Below, piece after piece: positions 19,157-29,595 of a stretch of 64,000 nt of DNA. A program made the position numbers and the translations under genes. Origin of the DNA: Bacilli bacterium (lineage in GTDB: Bacteria; Bacillota_I; Bacilli_A; RFN20; CAG-826); contig JAKSVE010000004.1 of NCBI GenBank assembly GCA_024408295.1, positions 396-64,395 of the forward strand. Reading direction: 5' to 3'. The stretch's first letter is position 1; each line of letters starts with the position of its first letter. The notes beneath the pieces are model-generated. The model did not search any database. It saw nothing but the letters and a program-made list of their open reading frames with translations, and was not told the origin of the DNA.

Positions 19157-20899
19157 ATGAAATCTATCTTCACGGACACAATAAACCTAGAAAACCCATT
19201 TCCATTTCACCCAAACCCTTACTTTAGAAGAGAATCTTTCCTCAGTTTGGATGGTTATTGGGATTTTGATATTACAAAAACAAAAGAACCCTTGTCCAAC
19301 TACACGAAAAGAATAGTGGTCCCATTTTCTCCAGAGACCCCGTTATCCCAAATCGAGACACATATCGAAAAAGATGACTGGATGCATTACAGGAAGAAAT
19401 TCACTTTAAGCAAGGTGCAGTTGGAGGGCATCGGCAGGCTTGTATTTGCTGCTGTTGATCAGGAGTGTTTCGTATATCTAAATGGAGAGTATCTCGGCGA
19501 GCATAGAAGTGGTTATTCCACATTTGAATTTGAAGTTACTAATTTACGCGAGGAGAATGAGCTGATTGTCATAGTCAGAGACGACACGGATAGTGAGATA
19601 TATCCAAGGGGAAAACAATCAAATACACCAGGCGGAATTTGGTATCATCCAACAAGTGGTATATGGGGTGACGTGTACCTCGAGTTCGTTCCATCATCAG
19701 GAAAGATAGAAAAACTTGATATCTCAACAGACTACAAAAACAGAAAAATATCCATAAATGGCGTTTTTACAAATAAATCACCACTAATTGTCGAGATATT
19801 TAAAGATAATCTAAAATTGATTTCAACTCAGATTGGAATTGGAGAAAGTGTTGATTGCAGCTCATTTTTTGAGGCTTGGTCACCTGATAATCCTGCTTTA
19901 TTTGATATTAGAATTTCCCAGGGGAAGGATTCTGTTTGGAGTGTCTTTGGTTTCAAGCTATTTGAGCGAAAACAAGTAGGTAAAAACCACTATCTATTCC
20001 TCAATGAAAAACCTATATTTTTGTCTTCCCTTTTGGACCAGGGATACTGGCCAGATGGCGGTTTAACAGCGCCTTGTTATGAAGCTATTTCTCATGATAT
20101 CGACACCATTAAGAATGCTGGCTTCAACTCACTTAGAAAGCATATAAAAATTGAATCGATGTGCTGGTATTACGAGTGTGATAAGAAAGGCGTTATCGTC
20201 ATTCAAGACATTATGAATTCCGGTTCAAAATATTCTTGGTGGCTAATTCATCTGAGACCGTTTATTAACTTTGACGTTAACGATAACGACAACAAGATCT
20301 TGGGTAGAGGCTCCAAAGAATCAATGGAGCAATTCGAGAAAGATATGTTTGTAACTTTAGAACAGCTTTCTCAACCTACATGTATTTGTGTCTGGACTTT
20401 GTTCAATGAAGGTTGGGGACAGTTTAGAGCTCCTGAGATGTTCGAAAAGATGAAAACTGCATCTGGTAATAAGCTAATTGATGCTACATCTGGTTGGTAC
20501 GATAAAGGTGTTGGGGACTTCAATAGCAGACACATCTATTTTAGAGCGCCAAAAATGAAATCAGATTCACAAAGAGTTCTTTTTCTCAGCGAATTCGGCG
20601 GATATTCGATGCCAATAGAACATCATACATATTCTAAGAAGAGCTTTGGATATGCCTCATATAAGGATAATTCTGCTTTAAACAAAGCGCTAAAGAAGGT
20701 GTATGGCGTTGATTTAATTAAAGCCATTAAAGAGGCGGGATTATCTGCTTGTGTCTACACTCAGATAAGCGATGTTGAAGAAGAAATCAATGGCTTGATG
20801 ACTTACGATAGAGCCGTGTTTAAACCTGATGTTGAAATGTTAAGGTCATTAAACAGCGATTTGTATAAGGTCTATTGCGAAACAATAGAGAAGATTTGA
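19157..20899 (+). CDS. Glycoside hydrolase family 2 protein (beta-galactosidase/glucuronidase-like)
   Basis: ATG at 19157 (MKSIFTD) is preferred. N-terminal FRRESFLSLDGYWDF sugar-binding-domain pattern. WTLFNEGWG acid/base region. Confidence 0.65.
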   Translation: MKSIFTDTINLENPFPFHPNPYFRRESFLSLDGYWDFDITKTKEPLSNYTKRIVVPFSPETPLSQIETHIEKDDWMHYRKKFTLSKVQLEGIGRLVFAAVDQECFVYLNGEYLGEHRSGYSTFEFEVTNLREENELIVIVRDDTDSEIYPRGKQSNTPGGIWYHPTSGIWGDVYLEFVPSSGKIEKLDISTDYKNRKISINGVFTNKSPLIVEIFKDNLKLISTQIGIGESVDCSSFFEAWSPDNPALFDIRISQGKDSVWSVFGFKLFERKQVGKNHYLFLNEKPIFLSSLLDQGYWPDGGLTAPCYEAISHDIDTIKNAGFNSLRKHIKIESMCWYYECDKKGVIVIQDIMNSGSKYSWWLIHLRPFINFDVNDNDNKILGRGSKESMEQFEKDMFVTLEQLSQPTCICVWTLFNEGWGQFRAPEMFEKMKTASGNKLIDATSGWYDKGVGDFNSRHIYFRAPKMKSDSQRVLFLSEFGGYSMPIEHHTYSKKSFGYASYKDNSALNKALKKVYGVDLIKAIKEAGLSACVYTQISDVEEEINGLMTYDRAVFKPDVEMLRSLNSDLYKVYCETIEKI

Positions 20900-20920
20900 A
20901 ATATTTGCTAAAATTACCCC

Positions 20921-21703
20921 ATGACTATCAAGATTGCATTTTTTGACATTGACGAGACCATCTATGATGGCAAGGTTAAAAACTTTGCCGAAGATGCAAT
21001 CAGATCAATAAAACAGATTCAGGCAAATGGCATAAAAGTATGTTTATGCTCTTCTAGACCAAATGACAGCATCAGACACCTAGGTTGTCATGGCCAGGGA
21101 ATTGTTTGGGATGCGATCATCGGCAGTGGTGGTGGCACCGCTATGGTGGGAGATAAGCCTGTTAGATTATTCACAATCCAGCAAGACATCGCTGAAAGAT
21201 TCTTTTCCTACTGCAACGACAAAGGATATGTCTTCGAAATGATTGGAATTCAAGATAGACACGTTAATAAAGAACTCAACGAATGTGGTAGAGAATTCTA
21301 TACAAGGTTCATTGATAAAGAACCCGTAATTTCAAACAAATTGTATGAAAATCTCACCCAATTCCACTTATTCCATACTGATGAGCATGATGAAGAAATC
21401 ATAAAAGCATTCCCTGATTTATGCTTCTGCAGATATTGTTGGTTTGCCGTTGATATCGTACCGGTTGTCTATAGAAAAGGCGATGCAATTGAAGATGTCC
21501 TCAAGTATTTTGGATATTCAAAAGATGAAGCTGTTGGCTTCGGAGATGATCTCCAGGATCTATCTATTGCCGAGAACGTCGGAACCTTTGTTGCTATGGG
21601 TAATGCCAAGGACGAAGTTAAAGCAGCTGCCCAACTAATTACCACCAATATCGATGATAACGGCATCGAAAACGCCCTCAGAAAACTAGGTTTGATTGAA
21701 TAA
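20921..21703 (+). CDS. Cof-type HAD-IIB phosphatase
   Basis: FFDIDETIY (DxDxT) and GDDLQDLSIAENVGTFVAMGNA motifs. Confidence 0.75.
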   Translation: MTIKIAFFDIDETIYDGKVKNFAEDAIRSIKQIQANGIKVCLCSSRPNDSIRHLGCHGQGIVWDAIIGSGGGTAMVGDKPVRLFTIQQDIAERFFSYCNDKGYVFEMIGIQDRHVNKELNECGREFYTRFIDKEPVISNKLYENLTQFHLFHTDEHDEEIIKAFPDLCFCRYCWFAVDIVPVVYRKGDAIEDVLKYFGYSKDEAVGFGDDLQDLSIAENVGTFVAMGNAKDEVKAAAQLITTNIDDNGIENALRKLGLIE

Positions 21704-21801
21704 TCTTTAAGATTATATTCAACTTACCACTTGATATGTATTATACTTTGAAAACCAAGAGATGAGTTTTGAAACTCATTTCTTTGGTAATTATTAGAAT
21801 T

Positions 21802-22455
21802 ATGACACTAGAAATCCTTATCCAAATCTTCTTATTCGGCATCGCTTTATCGATGGATGCTTTTGCAGTCTCCGTTACTGACGGATTGACCTACACTGAT
21901 ATCAATAAGCGTAGAATGTTCTTCATCGCCGGAACTTTTGGCGTAATGCAGGCATTAATGCCTCTTATCGGATATTGGTTAGTGGAAGTGGTTGAAGTGA
22001 TCGTCGGCCAAACAGCAGGCGAAGCTGCTGGTAACATCATGGCTACCATCGTTACTTGGATTGCCTTTGCGTTACTCATGTATATCGGTGGCAAGATGTT
22101 AATTGAAGCCATAAAGGATGTTAAGAAGCCAGCTGAGGAAAAAGAAGCAAAGAAGTTCTCAGTTAAAGAGGTCTTGGTGTTTGGAGTGGCTACAGCAATC
22201 GATGCTCTAGCAACAGGCGTTGCATTCCACGCTAGAAACGGTGAAGGCGTCTCAATGTCCACCAACACAACAGTATGGCTACACGTCACAATCATTATGG
22301 TCTGCACATTCACAATTTCGTTGATTGGATTGTTCTTGGGCAACAAGATCGAAAAGTTATTAAAGGGTAAATACGAGATTACAGGAATCATCGGAGGAAG
22401 CATCTTATTGATTCTTGGTATCTGGATAGTTTTGAGCCATTATCTCGGCATTTAG
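21802..22455 (+). CDS. mntP: Manganese efflux pump MntP
   Basis: ATG at 21802 (MTLEILIQIFLFGIALSMDAFAVS) is preferred over the track's TTG at 21769. Duplicated DAxA motif (ATAIDALATG). Confidence 0.8.
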   Translation: MTLEILIQIFLFGIALSMDAFAVSVTDGLTYTDINKRRMFFIAGTFGVMQALMPLIGYWLVEVVEVIVGQTAGEAAGNIMATIVTWIAFALLMYIGGKMLIEAIKDVKKPAEEKEAKKFSVKEVLVFGVATAIDALATGVAFHARNGEGVSMSTNTTVWLHVTIIMVCTFTISLIGLFLGNKIEKLLKGKYEITGIIGGSILLILGIWIVLSHYLGI

Positions 22456-22465
22456 TGGGTATTTT

Positions 22466-23557
22466 ATGAATAGAAACGGCAAGAGAAGAACTGTTAAAAA
22501 AGAAGACAAGAGAAAAGGAAGAATTGATCCTAACAAGACCAAGACTTTTGTTGTTCACCACGAAACAACCCTTATCGATTACCTCTGTGAGAAACTCCCA
22601 GGACAGTCCAGAAGAAACGTCCAGAGAATAATTGCTAACCATCAGGTTGCTGTTGGAGGAGCTCCGGTTTCTTTATTCACATATCACCTTTATCCAGAGG
22701 ATGAAGTCATCCTTTCTTGGACTAGAATCCAGAAGAGAGAAAGAAAAGACCTTCCTATCATTTACGAAGACGAGCACATGATCGTTATCAACAAACCATC
22801 AGGATTGCTTTCAATCGCAAGCGATAGAGAAAAAGGAAGAAACGCATATAGATTAGTTACTGACTACATCACTCAGACAAATAGAAATGCCCGCATCTTT
22901 GTCGTTCATAGATTAGACGAAGACACCTCTGGCGTTTTGATGTTTGCCAAAGACTTTGAGACAAAAGAAGTCCTCCAGAAAAACTGGCAGGACATCGTCA
23001 AAGATAGAGCGTACTACGCGATTGTTGAAGGCGAGGATATCCAAGAAGAAGGACATCTTAAGGATTATCTTATGCAAAGCCAAGTCACACAGCTTATGTA
23101 TGTCACAAAAGATAGGACTCACGGCAAACTCTGCGTAACAAACTTCAAGAAGATGGCATCAAGAAACGGCATGTCCCTCTTAGATGTCCACATCGATTCA
23201 GGTAGAAAAAACCAGATTCGTGTTCAGTTAGGAAATATCGGCCATCACGTCATCGGTGATGATAAGTATGGAGAGCCAATCAACCCAATCAAGAGATTAG
23301 GCTTACATGCTTACGAACTTATTTTCACACACCCAGTCACAGGCAAACTCTACGATTTCAAAGCACCTATTCCACCAGAATTTAAGAAGCTTTTCTGGAA
23401 GACTCATATCGAGGAGAGACAAGAAAAAGAAGAAGCTTTGGCGAAGAAAACAGGGAAAACTGCTAAGAAATCATCCGCAGCACCTAAACCAGCTATAAAA
23501 CAAAAAGGTGAATATAAATGGAAAATTCAGGAGAAACGACCATCAAGAAAACGCTAA
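22466..23557 (+). CDS. RluA-family 23S rRNA pseudouridine synthase (RluD-like) with a basic N-terminus and a Lys-rich C-terminal tail
   Basis: HRLDEDTSGVLMFAK catalytic motif, S4-like N-terminal region, GRKNQIRVQL. Confidence 0.8.
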   Translation: MNRNGKRRTVKKEDKRKGRIDPNKTKTFVVHHETTLIDYLCEKLPGQSRRNVQRIIANHQVAVGGAPVSLFTYHLYPEDEVILSWTRIQKRERKDLPIIYEDEHMIVINKPSGLLSIASDREKGRNAYRLVTDYITQTNRNARIFVVHRLDEDTSGVLMFAKDFETKEVLQKNWQDIVKDRAYYAIVEGEDIQEEGHLKDYLMQSQVTQLMYVTKDRTHGKLCVTNFKKMASRNGMSLLDVHIDSGRKNQIRVQLGNIGHHVIGDDKYGEPINPIKRLGLHAYELIFTHPVTGKLYDFKAPIPPEFKKLFWKTHIEERQEKEEALAKKTGKTAKKSSAAPKPAIKQKGEYKWKIQEKRPSRKR

Positions 23558-26500
23558 AGGTCTCTTCTTCTAAAAAGAGATCTGCACTCGAAAAATGGGC
23601 TAGAAAGAAAGTCCCATTCCTTTTCGATATCAATTCTCTTTTCTATTTTGTTCTTATCTTATTCCTCACGGGATTTGCGTGGACAGCCTACACATTCTTC
23701 TTTAATGGAGGAGCGGCTTTATACGGATGGGACTATTCATCTCAATATGTCTCCATGGCCTATAACTTCTGGGATGTCTGGCATAAGTTCTTCAAGACGG
23801 GCATCTTTGAGCTTTATAGCACCGGAACATATTTAGGAACCGATAACATTGGCTCGAATTCATACTACGGATTGTTTGATCCATTCTTAGTTGTTTCCTT
23901 CATCTTCCCAAGAGCATGGCAACCTCAGATGTTTGTCATCATGTCTATCGTTAAAGGCGTGTGTGGTGGCATGGCTCTAAGAGCCTATCTCAAGTACTTA
24001 GGAATTGGGGAAAGATCAGCTAGGGTTGGCGCTGTTGCATATGCTTTCTGCGGATACTTGAACTTCATGGTAGGCTTCCCTTCATTTTTATCTGTTGGAT
24101 GCACCGTGCCATTGATAATGCTTGGTATTGAGAAGGTAATCAAAGAAGAAAAACCTGCAATACTTGCATTATCCATCTTCCTGTTGGGCATTATTTCATT
24201 CTTCTTCCTTGTTGTTTTATGCGTGTGGGGAGTTGTCTATGCTATATGGAGATACTTCTGGACTATCAAGGAAAGAAGCTGGCAATCATCTCTTAGAGTT
24301 ATTGGCTTAGGAGTTGGTGGATTCGCTGCAGGCATTATGATGTCTGCTTGGACGCTTATCCCTTCGTTAAGAGAATCTGCATTGTCAGGAAGAACCACAT
24401 CTGGAGGTATGGCATATCTCCATTTGATAGTCGAATCTCTCAAGGCTATGGACATCAAATTGTTCTTCAAATACATGTTCATGCCAGTTGGAGGAAACAC
24501 CGGAAGAGAACTGCAGGGCTTGATTGGTTTCTTCTATCCAACCTGCAACTACTTATGGCACCCATTGGCTATGGGCACTATGAATGGAGGCTCCTATAAC
24601 TATGACTCCTGGACAGCCTCATTGTTCTGCTATACACCAATCATTATCTTATTCTTCTCATCCATTTTAAGAAGTGCTAGAAAGAAGCAGTTTGCCCCTT
24701 TGATCGCCTTGGTTATTTGCTGCTATTTCCTTTTCACCAACTTTGCATATTATTTCTTCTTCCTCTTCACCGGAGATGGATATGGAAGATGGTACATCGT
24801 CTTAGTTCCTGCAATCATTTACTTTGCAGTTAAGGAATTGGATGAAATCAAGGATGCAAAGAAATGGGAGATTCCGGCTGGCTCATTGATGGCCGCAGCC
24901 TTCACACTCCTTGCCTTTGTCTTGTGCGTTGTCTTACTCAAGAACAAGACCTTGGATTTCATCAAGGTTGATGACTACACAAAGAATGAATACTTCATTC
25001 CTGCAGAAGTTGAATGGGATAACGTCAAGAGAACTCTTTTATGGGTCGTCTACTATCAAACAGCATTAGTGGCAGTTGAAGGTGTTGTCTTGATTTTCAT
25101 GCAAAACAGCAAGCTTTTGCACCATGTATTAACCGCATTCCTTGTTGTTGAGACCGCTGTAATGGGCAACCTCTCATTCATCTATGGCTATTCGATCCCT
25201 GTTAGACAGTACAATGGAGGAGACTGGTATTCCGAGAGCGCAGTCGGCTTATTCGATGATTTGAATAAGATGGACGATTCGTATTTCAGAACTCAGAGTG
25301 ACACCGCATTCGAGGCCAATATGCCAATGGCCTTTGGCTTTAATGGAGCATCAACATTCCACTCGTTATTCAACTATGGTTTAGCCGATTTGACCCGTTA
25401 CAACTACATGACCAACAATGAGTATTACTCAGACGTCTATGATCAGCAGGTTGTCGGAAAGAGCTGGTCCGGATATTACAACAACAAGAGATTCGGATTC
25501 GATACCTCTATGGCCTTCAAATACTACGTCATCGAGAATGAAGGTTATTATCACGGTTATGAAGATAGCTACTGGCCAAACGTTCCTTTTGGCTCAGAAA
25601 AGGTCTTGGAGAACAAGCGTTTTAGGGTCTATAAGAACCCATATGTTGAGAAGATGCCGCTAGGTCACGCAGTCGATCATATCTATGCCGAAAACCTTGA
25701 TACTGATCCAGAGAACACAGTTCCAAATAGAAGTGATTTCTATCACCACTATGGTGGTTCTTCAGCATCATATGAAATCTTGAGAAATGACGAAGTTTTC
25801 TTAAACGGTGCAATCTTCGAAGATGATGAAATCGCCACAGTTCTTGATGATTTAAACAAAGATGGAAACATATATTCAATTGAAGGTGCTCCATCATCAA
25901 CGTTAGGTCCAACAGGCGGTACCAATCTCCAGAACGTCCCACTTTCATCACGACTTGTCGAGACCGTTCATAGCGATGGCCGCTACTACGGTTACTTCAT
26001 GAAGACCGACGCTGAAGAATTCGGTCCTACCGACTTCCTTGAAGATCCTGCGATGATAGACAAAACAAAGCTCCAAGACTCAAAGATGGTTGTCTCTATC
26101 GATGATTCATATACCAGCGCAACAGAGGTCTTACGCGACTACGGAAAGGTCGTATTCTACCCAAGATACAACTGGGGTGAATACATGAACGTCAGCGAAG
26201 ATGGCGCATACTTTGTTATGGATTTGACTGGTGCGGCATACCATGGCGCAGATACATACATGAATGAAGCTCCACGCATCTACTTCGTTGGTGATAGAAC
26301 AAACGAAAATGGCATTCTAGAGAAGAATGTCATCCTCTCTTATGAATATCGCATGATCAAGCATTGGAATGGCGGAAACGTCTCTTCTTATGGTGGAACT
26401 TTCGGCTTCTATCCAAATGGTCGTGTCAAATATCTCGTCTTCTGTTTCAAAGGTAATACGGGCACAACGAAGCTTGGCCGTTTCAACCTCTATATGAGAG

Positions 26501-26910
26501 AGAAGTCAGCGATAGATGAAGTCATGAACCGCTACACATCAAGCGATTATAATCTCGAGAACGTCGAGCACGTCACTGATAGATTTGATTTCACAACCAA
26601 CTTCCCAACAAGAAAGCTTGTTATCACATCAATTGGATATGATGAAGGCTGGAAGCTTGTTGCCAAGGATAAAGATGGAAATACCTCAACCCCAAATGTC
26701 TATAGAGCAAATGGCGGCATGGTCTCATTCGTCGCTCCAAGTGGAGAATATAGCTATACCCTTAGATATGAGACTCCTCAGTTAAGAACAGGAATCCTCA
26801 TCTCCATGGTTGGATTTGGCATCGTTGTCCTATACGAAGGAATCCGCTTTGTCATGGATCTCAAAAAGAAAAACAAGGAAGAAGCAGTAGGCTCCATCCT
26901 TGTTGATTAG
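23518..26910 (+). CDS. YfhO-family polytopic membrane protein (putative glycosyltransferase), 1130 aa
   Basis: About 12 or more N-terminal TM segments, a large extracytoplasmic C-terminal half and a final TM (ILISMVGFGIVVLYEGI), which is the YfhO architecture. Overlaps the preceding gene by 40 nt. Confidence 0.55.
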   Translation: MENSGETTIKKTLKVSSSKKRSALEKWARKKVPFLFDINSLFYFVLILFLTGFAWTAYTFFFNGGAALYGWDYSSQYVSMAYNFWDVWHKFFKTGIFELYSTGTYLGTDNIGSNSYYGLFDPFLVVSFIFPRAWQPQMFVIMSIVKGVCGGMALRAYLKYLGIGERSARVGAVAYAFCGYLNFMVGFPSFLSVGCTVPLIMLGIEKVIKEEKPAILALSIFLLGIISFFFLVVLCVWGVVYAIWRYFWTIKERSWQSSLRVIGLGVGGFAAGIMMSAWTLIPSLRESALSGRTTSGGMAYLHLIVESLKAMDIKLFFKYMFMPVGGNTGRELQGLIGFFYPTCNYLWHPLAMGTMNGGSYNYDSWTASLFCYTPIIILFFSSILRSARKKQFAPLIALVICCYFLFTNFAYYFFFLFTGDGYGRWYIVLVPAIIYFAVKELDEIKDAKKWEIPAGSLMAAAFTLLAFVLCVVLLKNKTLDFIKVDDYTKNEYFIPAEVEWDNVKRTLLWVVYYQTALVAVEGVVLIFMQNSKLLHHVLTAFLVVETAVMGNLSFIYGYSIPVRQYNGGDWYSESAVGLFDDLNKMDDSYFRTQSDTAFEANMPMAFGFNGASTFHSLFNYGLADLTRYNYMTNNEYYSDVYDQQVVGKSWSGYYNNKRFGFDTSMAFKYYVIENEGYYHGYEDSYWPNVPFGSEKVLENKRFRVYKNPYVEKMPLGHAVDHIYAENLDTDPENTVPNRSDFYHHYGGSSASYEILRNDEVFLNGAIFEDDEIATVLDDLNKDGNIYSIEGAPSSTLGPTGGTNLQNVPLSSRLVETVHSDGRYYGYFMKTDAEEFGPTDFLEDPAMIDKTKLQDSKMVVSIDDSYTSATEVLRDYGKVVFYPRYNWGEYMNVSEDGAYFVMDLTGAAYHGADTYMNEAPRIYFVGDRTNENGILEKNVILSYEYRMIKHWNGGNVSSYGGTFGFYPNGRVKYLVFCFKGNTGTTKLGRFNLYMREKSAIDEVMNRYTSSDYNLENVEHVTDRFDFTTNFPTRKLVITSIGYDEGWKLVAKDKDGNTSTPNVYRANGGMVSFVAPSGEYSYTLRYETPQLRTGILISMVGFGIVVLYEGIRFVMDLKKKNKEEAVGSILVD

Positions 26911-26915
26911 TAATC

Positions 26916-27770
26916 TTATTTAATTGATAGATATATATCGTAGACGGCGTTCTTTGGCATGCCCGTTAGTTTAACAACTGATGCAATCGCGTCCTTTGAC
27001 TTCATCGTTTTTAAGTTCTCTAAGAGAAGGTTTGCCACATCTTCCTCTGAGTATTCTTTCTTTGTGGCCTCTGCCTTATCAACGACAATTACCATCTCGC
27101 CTTTTAAGGTTTCTGGGTCAATCTCGCATAACTCATCGAAAGTGCCTCTTATGAACTCTTCGTAGGCTTTGGTGAGTTCTCGTCCGATAGACGCTCTTCT
27201 TGAGCCTCCAAAGGCGTTTTTCATATCTTTTAATGTATCGTCAATACGATGAGGTGCTTCATAGAAGATCATCGTGTCTTCACGGTTCTTCAGAGTCTCT
27301 AATTCTTTTCTTCTTTCGCTTGGCTTGCTTGGCAGGAAACCGTAGAAGTAGAAGTGCTTGGTAGGGAGGCCTGAACACACTAGAGCGCATAATGCGGCGT
27401 TTGATCCGTTGACGCATGAGACCTTGATTCCTTCTAGGATGCATCTTGCTACTAATCTTTCCCCTGGGTCAGAGATGGCTGGATATCCTGCATCTGACAT
27501 ATAGGCAACGCTTTTGCCCTCTTTGAGCAAGGAGATTATTTTCGTCGATGCCTCTTCCTCGTTGTGTTCATGACACATGATGAATGGTTTTTTGATATTG
27601 AACTTGTTTAGGAGCGAGCCAGAGTTTCTAGTATCCTCCGCCGCAACATAATCGATGTCATTTAAGACTGAAATAGCGCGTGGAGAAAATTCGTCTAAAT
27701 TTCCAATAGGCGTTGAGATTAGGTAAAGTAGTGGACTATTGCCGCGGAAATTAAGCTCCCTGTTTATCAT
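26916..27770 (-). CDS. rsmI: 16S rRNA (cytidine1402-2'-O)-methyltransferase
   Basis: Start at the internal ATG 27770 (MINRELNFRGNSPLLYLISTPIGNLDEFSPRA). Tetrapyrrole-methylase-fold motifs. Confidence 0.85.
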   Translation of the reverse strand: MINRELNFRGNSPLLYLISTPIGNLDEFSPRAISVLNDIDYVAAEDTRNSGSLLNKFNIKKPFIMCHEHNEEEASTKIISLLKEGKSVAYMSDAGYPAISDPGERLVARCILEGIKVSCVNGSNAALCALVCSGLPTKHFYFYGFLPSKPSERRKELETLKNREDTMIFYEAPHRIDDTLKDMKNAFGGSRRASIGRELTKAYEEFIRGTFDELCEIDPETLKGEMVIVVDKAEATKKEYSEEDVANLLLENLKTMKSKDAIASVVKLTGMPKNAVYDIYLSIK

Positions 27771-28614
27771 GTTTGTTATTGTTCTTTCTGAATGGTCTTG
27801 GGTTCTTTTTCTCAAGCGCTCTATATTCTTCCAATGAGATGAACTTAACATCGCCTTCTGAGACGAGCTTGACTGTTCTAGAGAGGATGTTTAATCCGTC
27901 GACCTTATAATCGACTCCATCGATTTTGGTGATATATCCAATCGCAGGGAAATCCTTCTTTGCTTCTGTATACATATCATCTTCGAAGAGTAAGCAGCAG
28001 ATGAGCTTTCCACAGTGGCCTGAGAGCTTAGGAATGTTGAGTGTCAACATCTGGTTCTTAGCTCTTGAGATTGAGATTCCGTCAAACTGGTTGAGGAATG
28101 TTGAGCAACATAATGTAAGACCGCAGATACCGATGCCGCCAATCATCTTGGCTTTGTCTCTTGCAGCAATCTGATGCAATTCGATTCTGCACTTGAGCTG
28201 TGGTGCGAGGATTCTTAGGAGTTCTCTGAAGTCGACTCTATTTTCACTGGTGTATGTGATTGTGACTTTTGTGCCGTCTAATGTGTAGTAGGCATCCAAA
28301 AGGTTCATAGGAAGATTGAGTGCTTCGACTTCACGCTTTGTGATTTCTAATGCTTCTTTTGCCTCTCTTTTCCCAAGCTCGTATGCAGCCATATCACTTG
28401 GATTTGGTCTTCTGATGACTGGCTTTAATGCTAGTGTGCCAGTATATTTGCTAATTGGAATGATATCCGTGCAAATCGAGCCGATTTCAAAACCTGCAAC
28501 GGTTTCGACAACCACCAAATCATCGATTTTTAAGTCTTCGATTGTAGTGGAAAAATAATAGGCTTTGATGCTGCCCTGGAATTTAACGCCAACATAATAT
28601 TCTTTTGTTTCCAT
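27751..28614 (-). CDS. ricT: PSP1-domain protein (YaaT/RicT family)
   Basis: 287-aa ORF. Cys cluster GICGLTLCC ... GHCGKLICCL. Conserved position between holB and rsmI, as in Bacillus. Confidence 0.8.
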   Translation of the reverse strand: METKEYYVGVKFQGSIKAYYFSTTIEDLKIDDLVVVETVAGFEIGSICTDIIPISKYTGTLALKPVIRRPNPSDMAAYELGKREAKEALEITKREVEALNLPMNLLDAYYTLDGTKVTITYTSENRVDFRELLRILAPQLKCRIELHQIAARDKAKMIGGIGICGLTLCCSTFLNQFDGISISRAKNQMLTLNIPKLSGHCGKLICCLLFEDDMYTEAKKDFPAIGYITKIDGVDYKVDGLNILSRTVKLVSEGDVKFISLEEYRALEKKNPRPFRKNNNKHDKQGA

Positions 28615-28617
28615 ACG

Positions 28618-29595
28618 CTACTCCTTCACGATATAGGCAATCACATGCTCCAATAGGAGTGATGTGCTGATGTTTAAATCTAACTGGCTCCTTGACTTCA
28701 TTATTTCGATCAAGGATTCTTCGACGTGATTCAACTGATCCGCCAAAGGTTTAATAAGTGTATCATAACTTACCAATTTTATTGGCAAGTTTTCTTTATG
28801 TGCGACGATATCTTTGAAAACCAAGACCATTGTATCTAAGAAAAATTTAGCATCATTCTTTTTGCTGAGGTTTGGAATGATATCTTTTTCGAATCCGTAA
28901 ATCGCGGATGCGCCGTCCTGGTTCAAATGAGTCAACGCGGTCTCAATTATAGCCTTCATGTCCTGATACTCTTCGCTATCGGCCATCTCTTTTAATAAGG
29001 CGCCGGAATTCATGAAATTAGAGAGCAAGTCAGCATCGCTTTGGCTGACTCCAAGCTCTGTGGCTTCTTGAATGACATCCTTCTTCGGAGAGAGAACCAT
29101 TCTGATGGTTTCGCATCTTGAGATGATGGTTGGGAGAATCCTAGCTTCGTTTTGAGTTGTTAGAATTGCGTAGGTATTCTTCCCTGGTTCCTCTAGGAAC
29201 TTAAGGAGGGAGTTGATTGATTCCGTCGTCATATTCTCAACGAGGTGTATGACATAGATGAGGATTCCCTTTTCCTCTAATGGGGTTTTGGAGAATCCCG
29301 CAACAACTTCCTGAACATCACCTTTCTTGATGGTCTCTTCTTCTCCGTCTAGTAAGAAGAAGTCGGTGTATGTTCCGTGTTCGATTCTCTTGCAGTAGCG
29401 GCACTCCTCATCTGCTAGAGGAGATGGGTTATCGCAGAGAATTGATTTAGCCAGGAATAAAGCGGCTTCCTTTAGAGGAATGCCGGCTTCTCCGCTTAAT
29501 AAGTATGCGTGGTTGATTCTATTCATCGCCTTTGCATTAGAAAAGACTCTCCAAAGGATTGGCTGTCTATTTTCTAAGTAGGCTGATAATTTCAT
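28618..29595 (-). CDS. holB: DNA polymerase III delta-prime subunit
   Basis: INHAYLLSGEAG, zinc-module-like C..C..C, TIISRCETI. Synteny tmk-holB. Confidence 0.8.
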   Translation of the reverse strand: MKLSAYLENRQPILWRVFSNAKAMNRINHAYLLSGEAGIPLKEAALFLAKSILCDNPSPLADEECRYCKRIEHGTYTDFFLLDGEEETIKKGDVQEVVAGFSKTPLEEKGILIYVIHLVENMTTESINSLLKFLEEPGKNTYAILTTQNEARILPTIISRCETIRMVLSPKKDVIQEATELGVSQSDADLLSNFMNSGALLKEMADSEEYQDMKAIIETALTHLNQDGASAIYGFEKDIIPNLSKKNDAKFFLDTMVLVFKDIVAHKENLPIKLVSYDTLIKPLADQLNHVEESLIEIMKSRSQLDLNISTSLLLEHVIAYIVKE

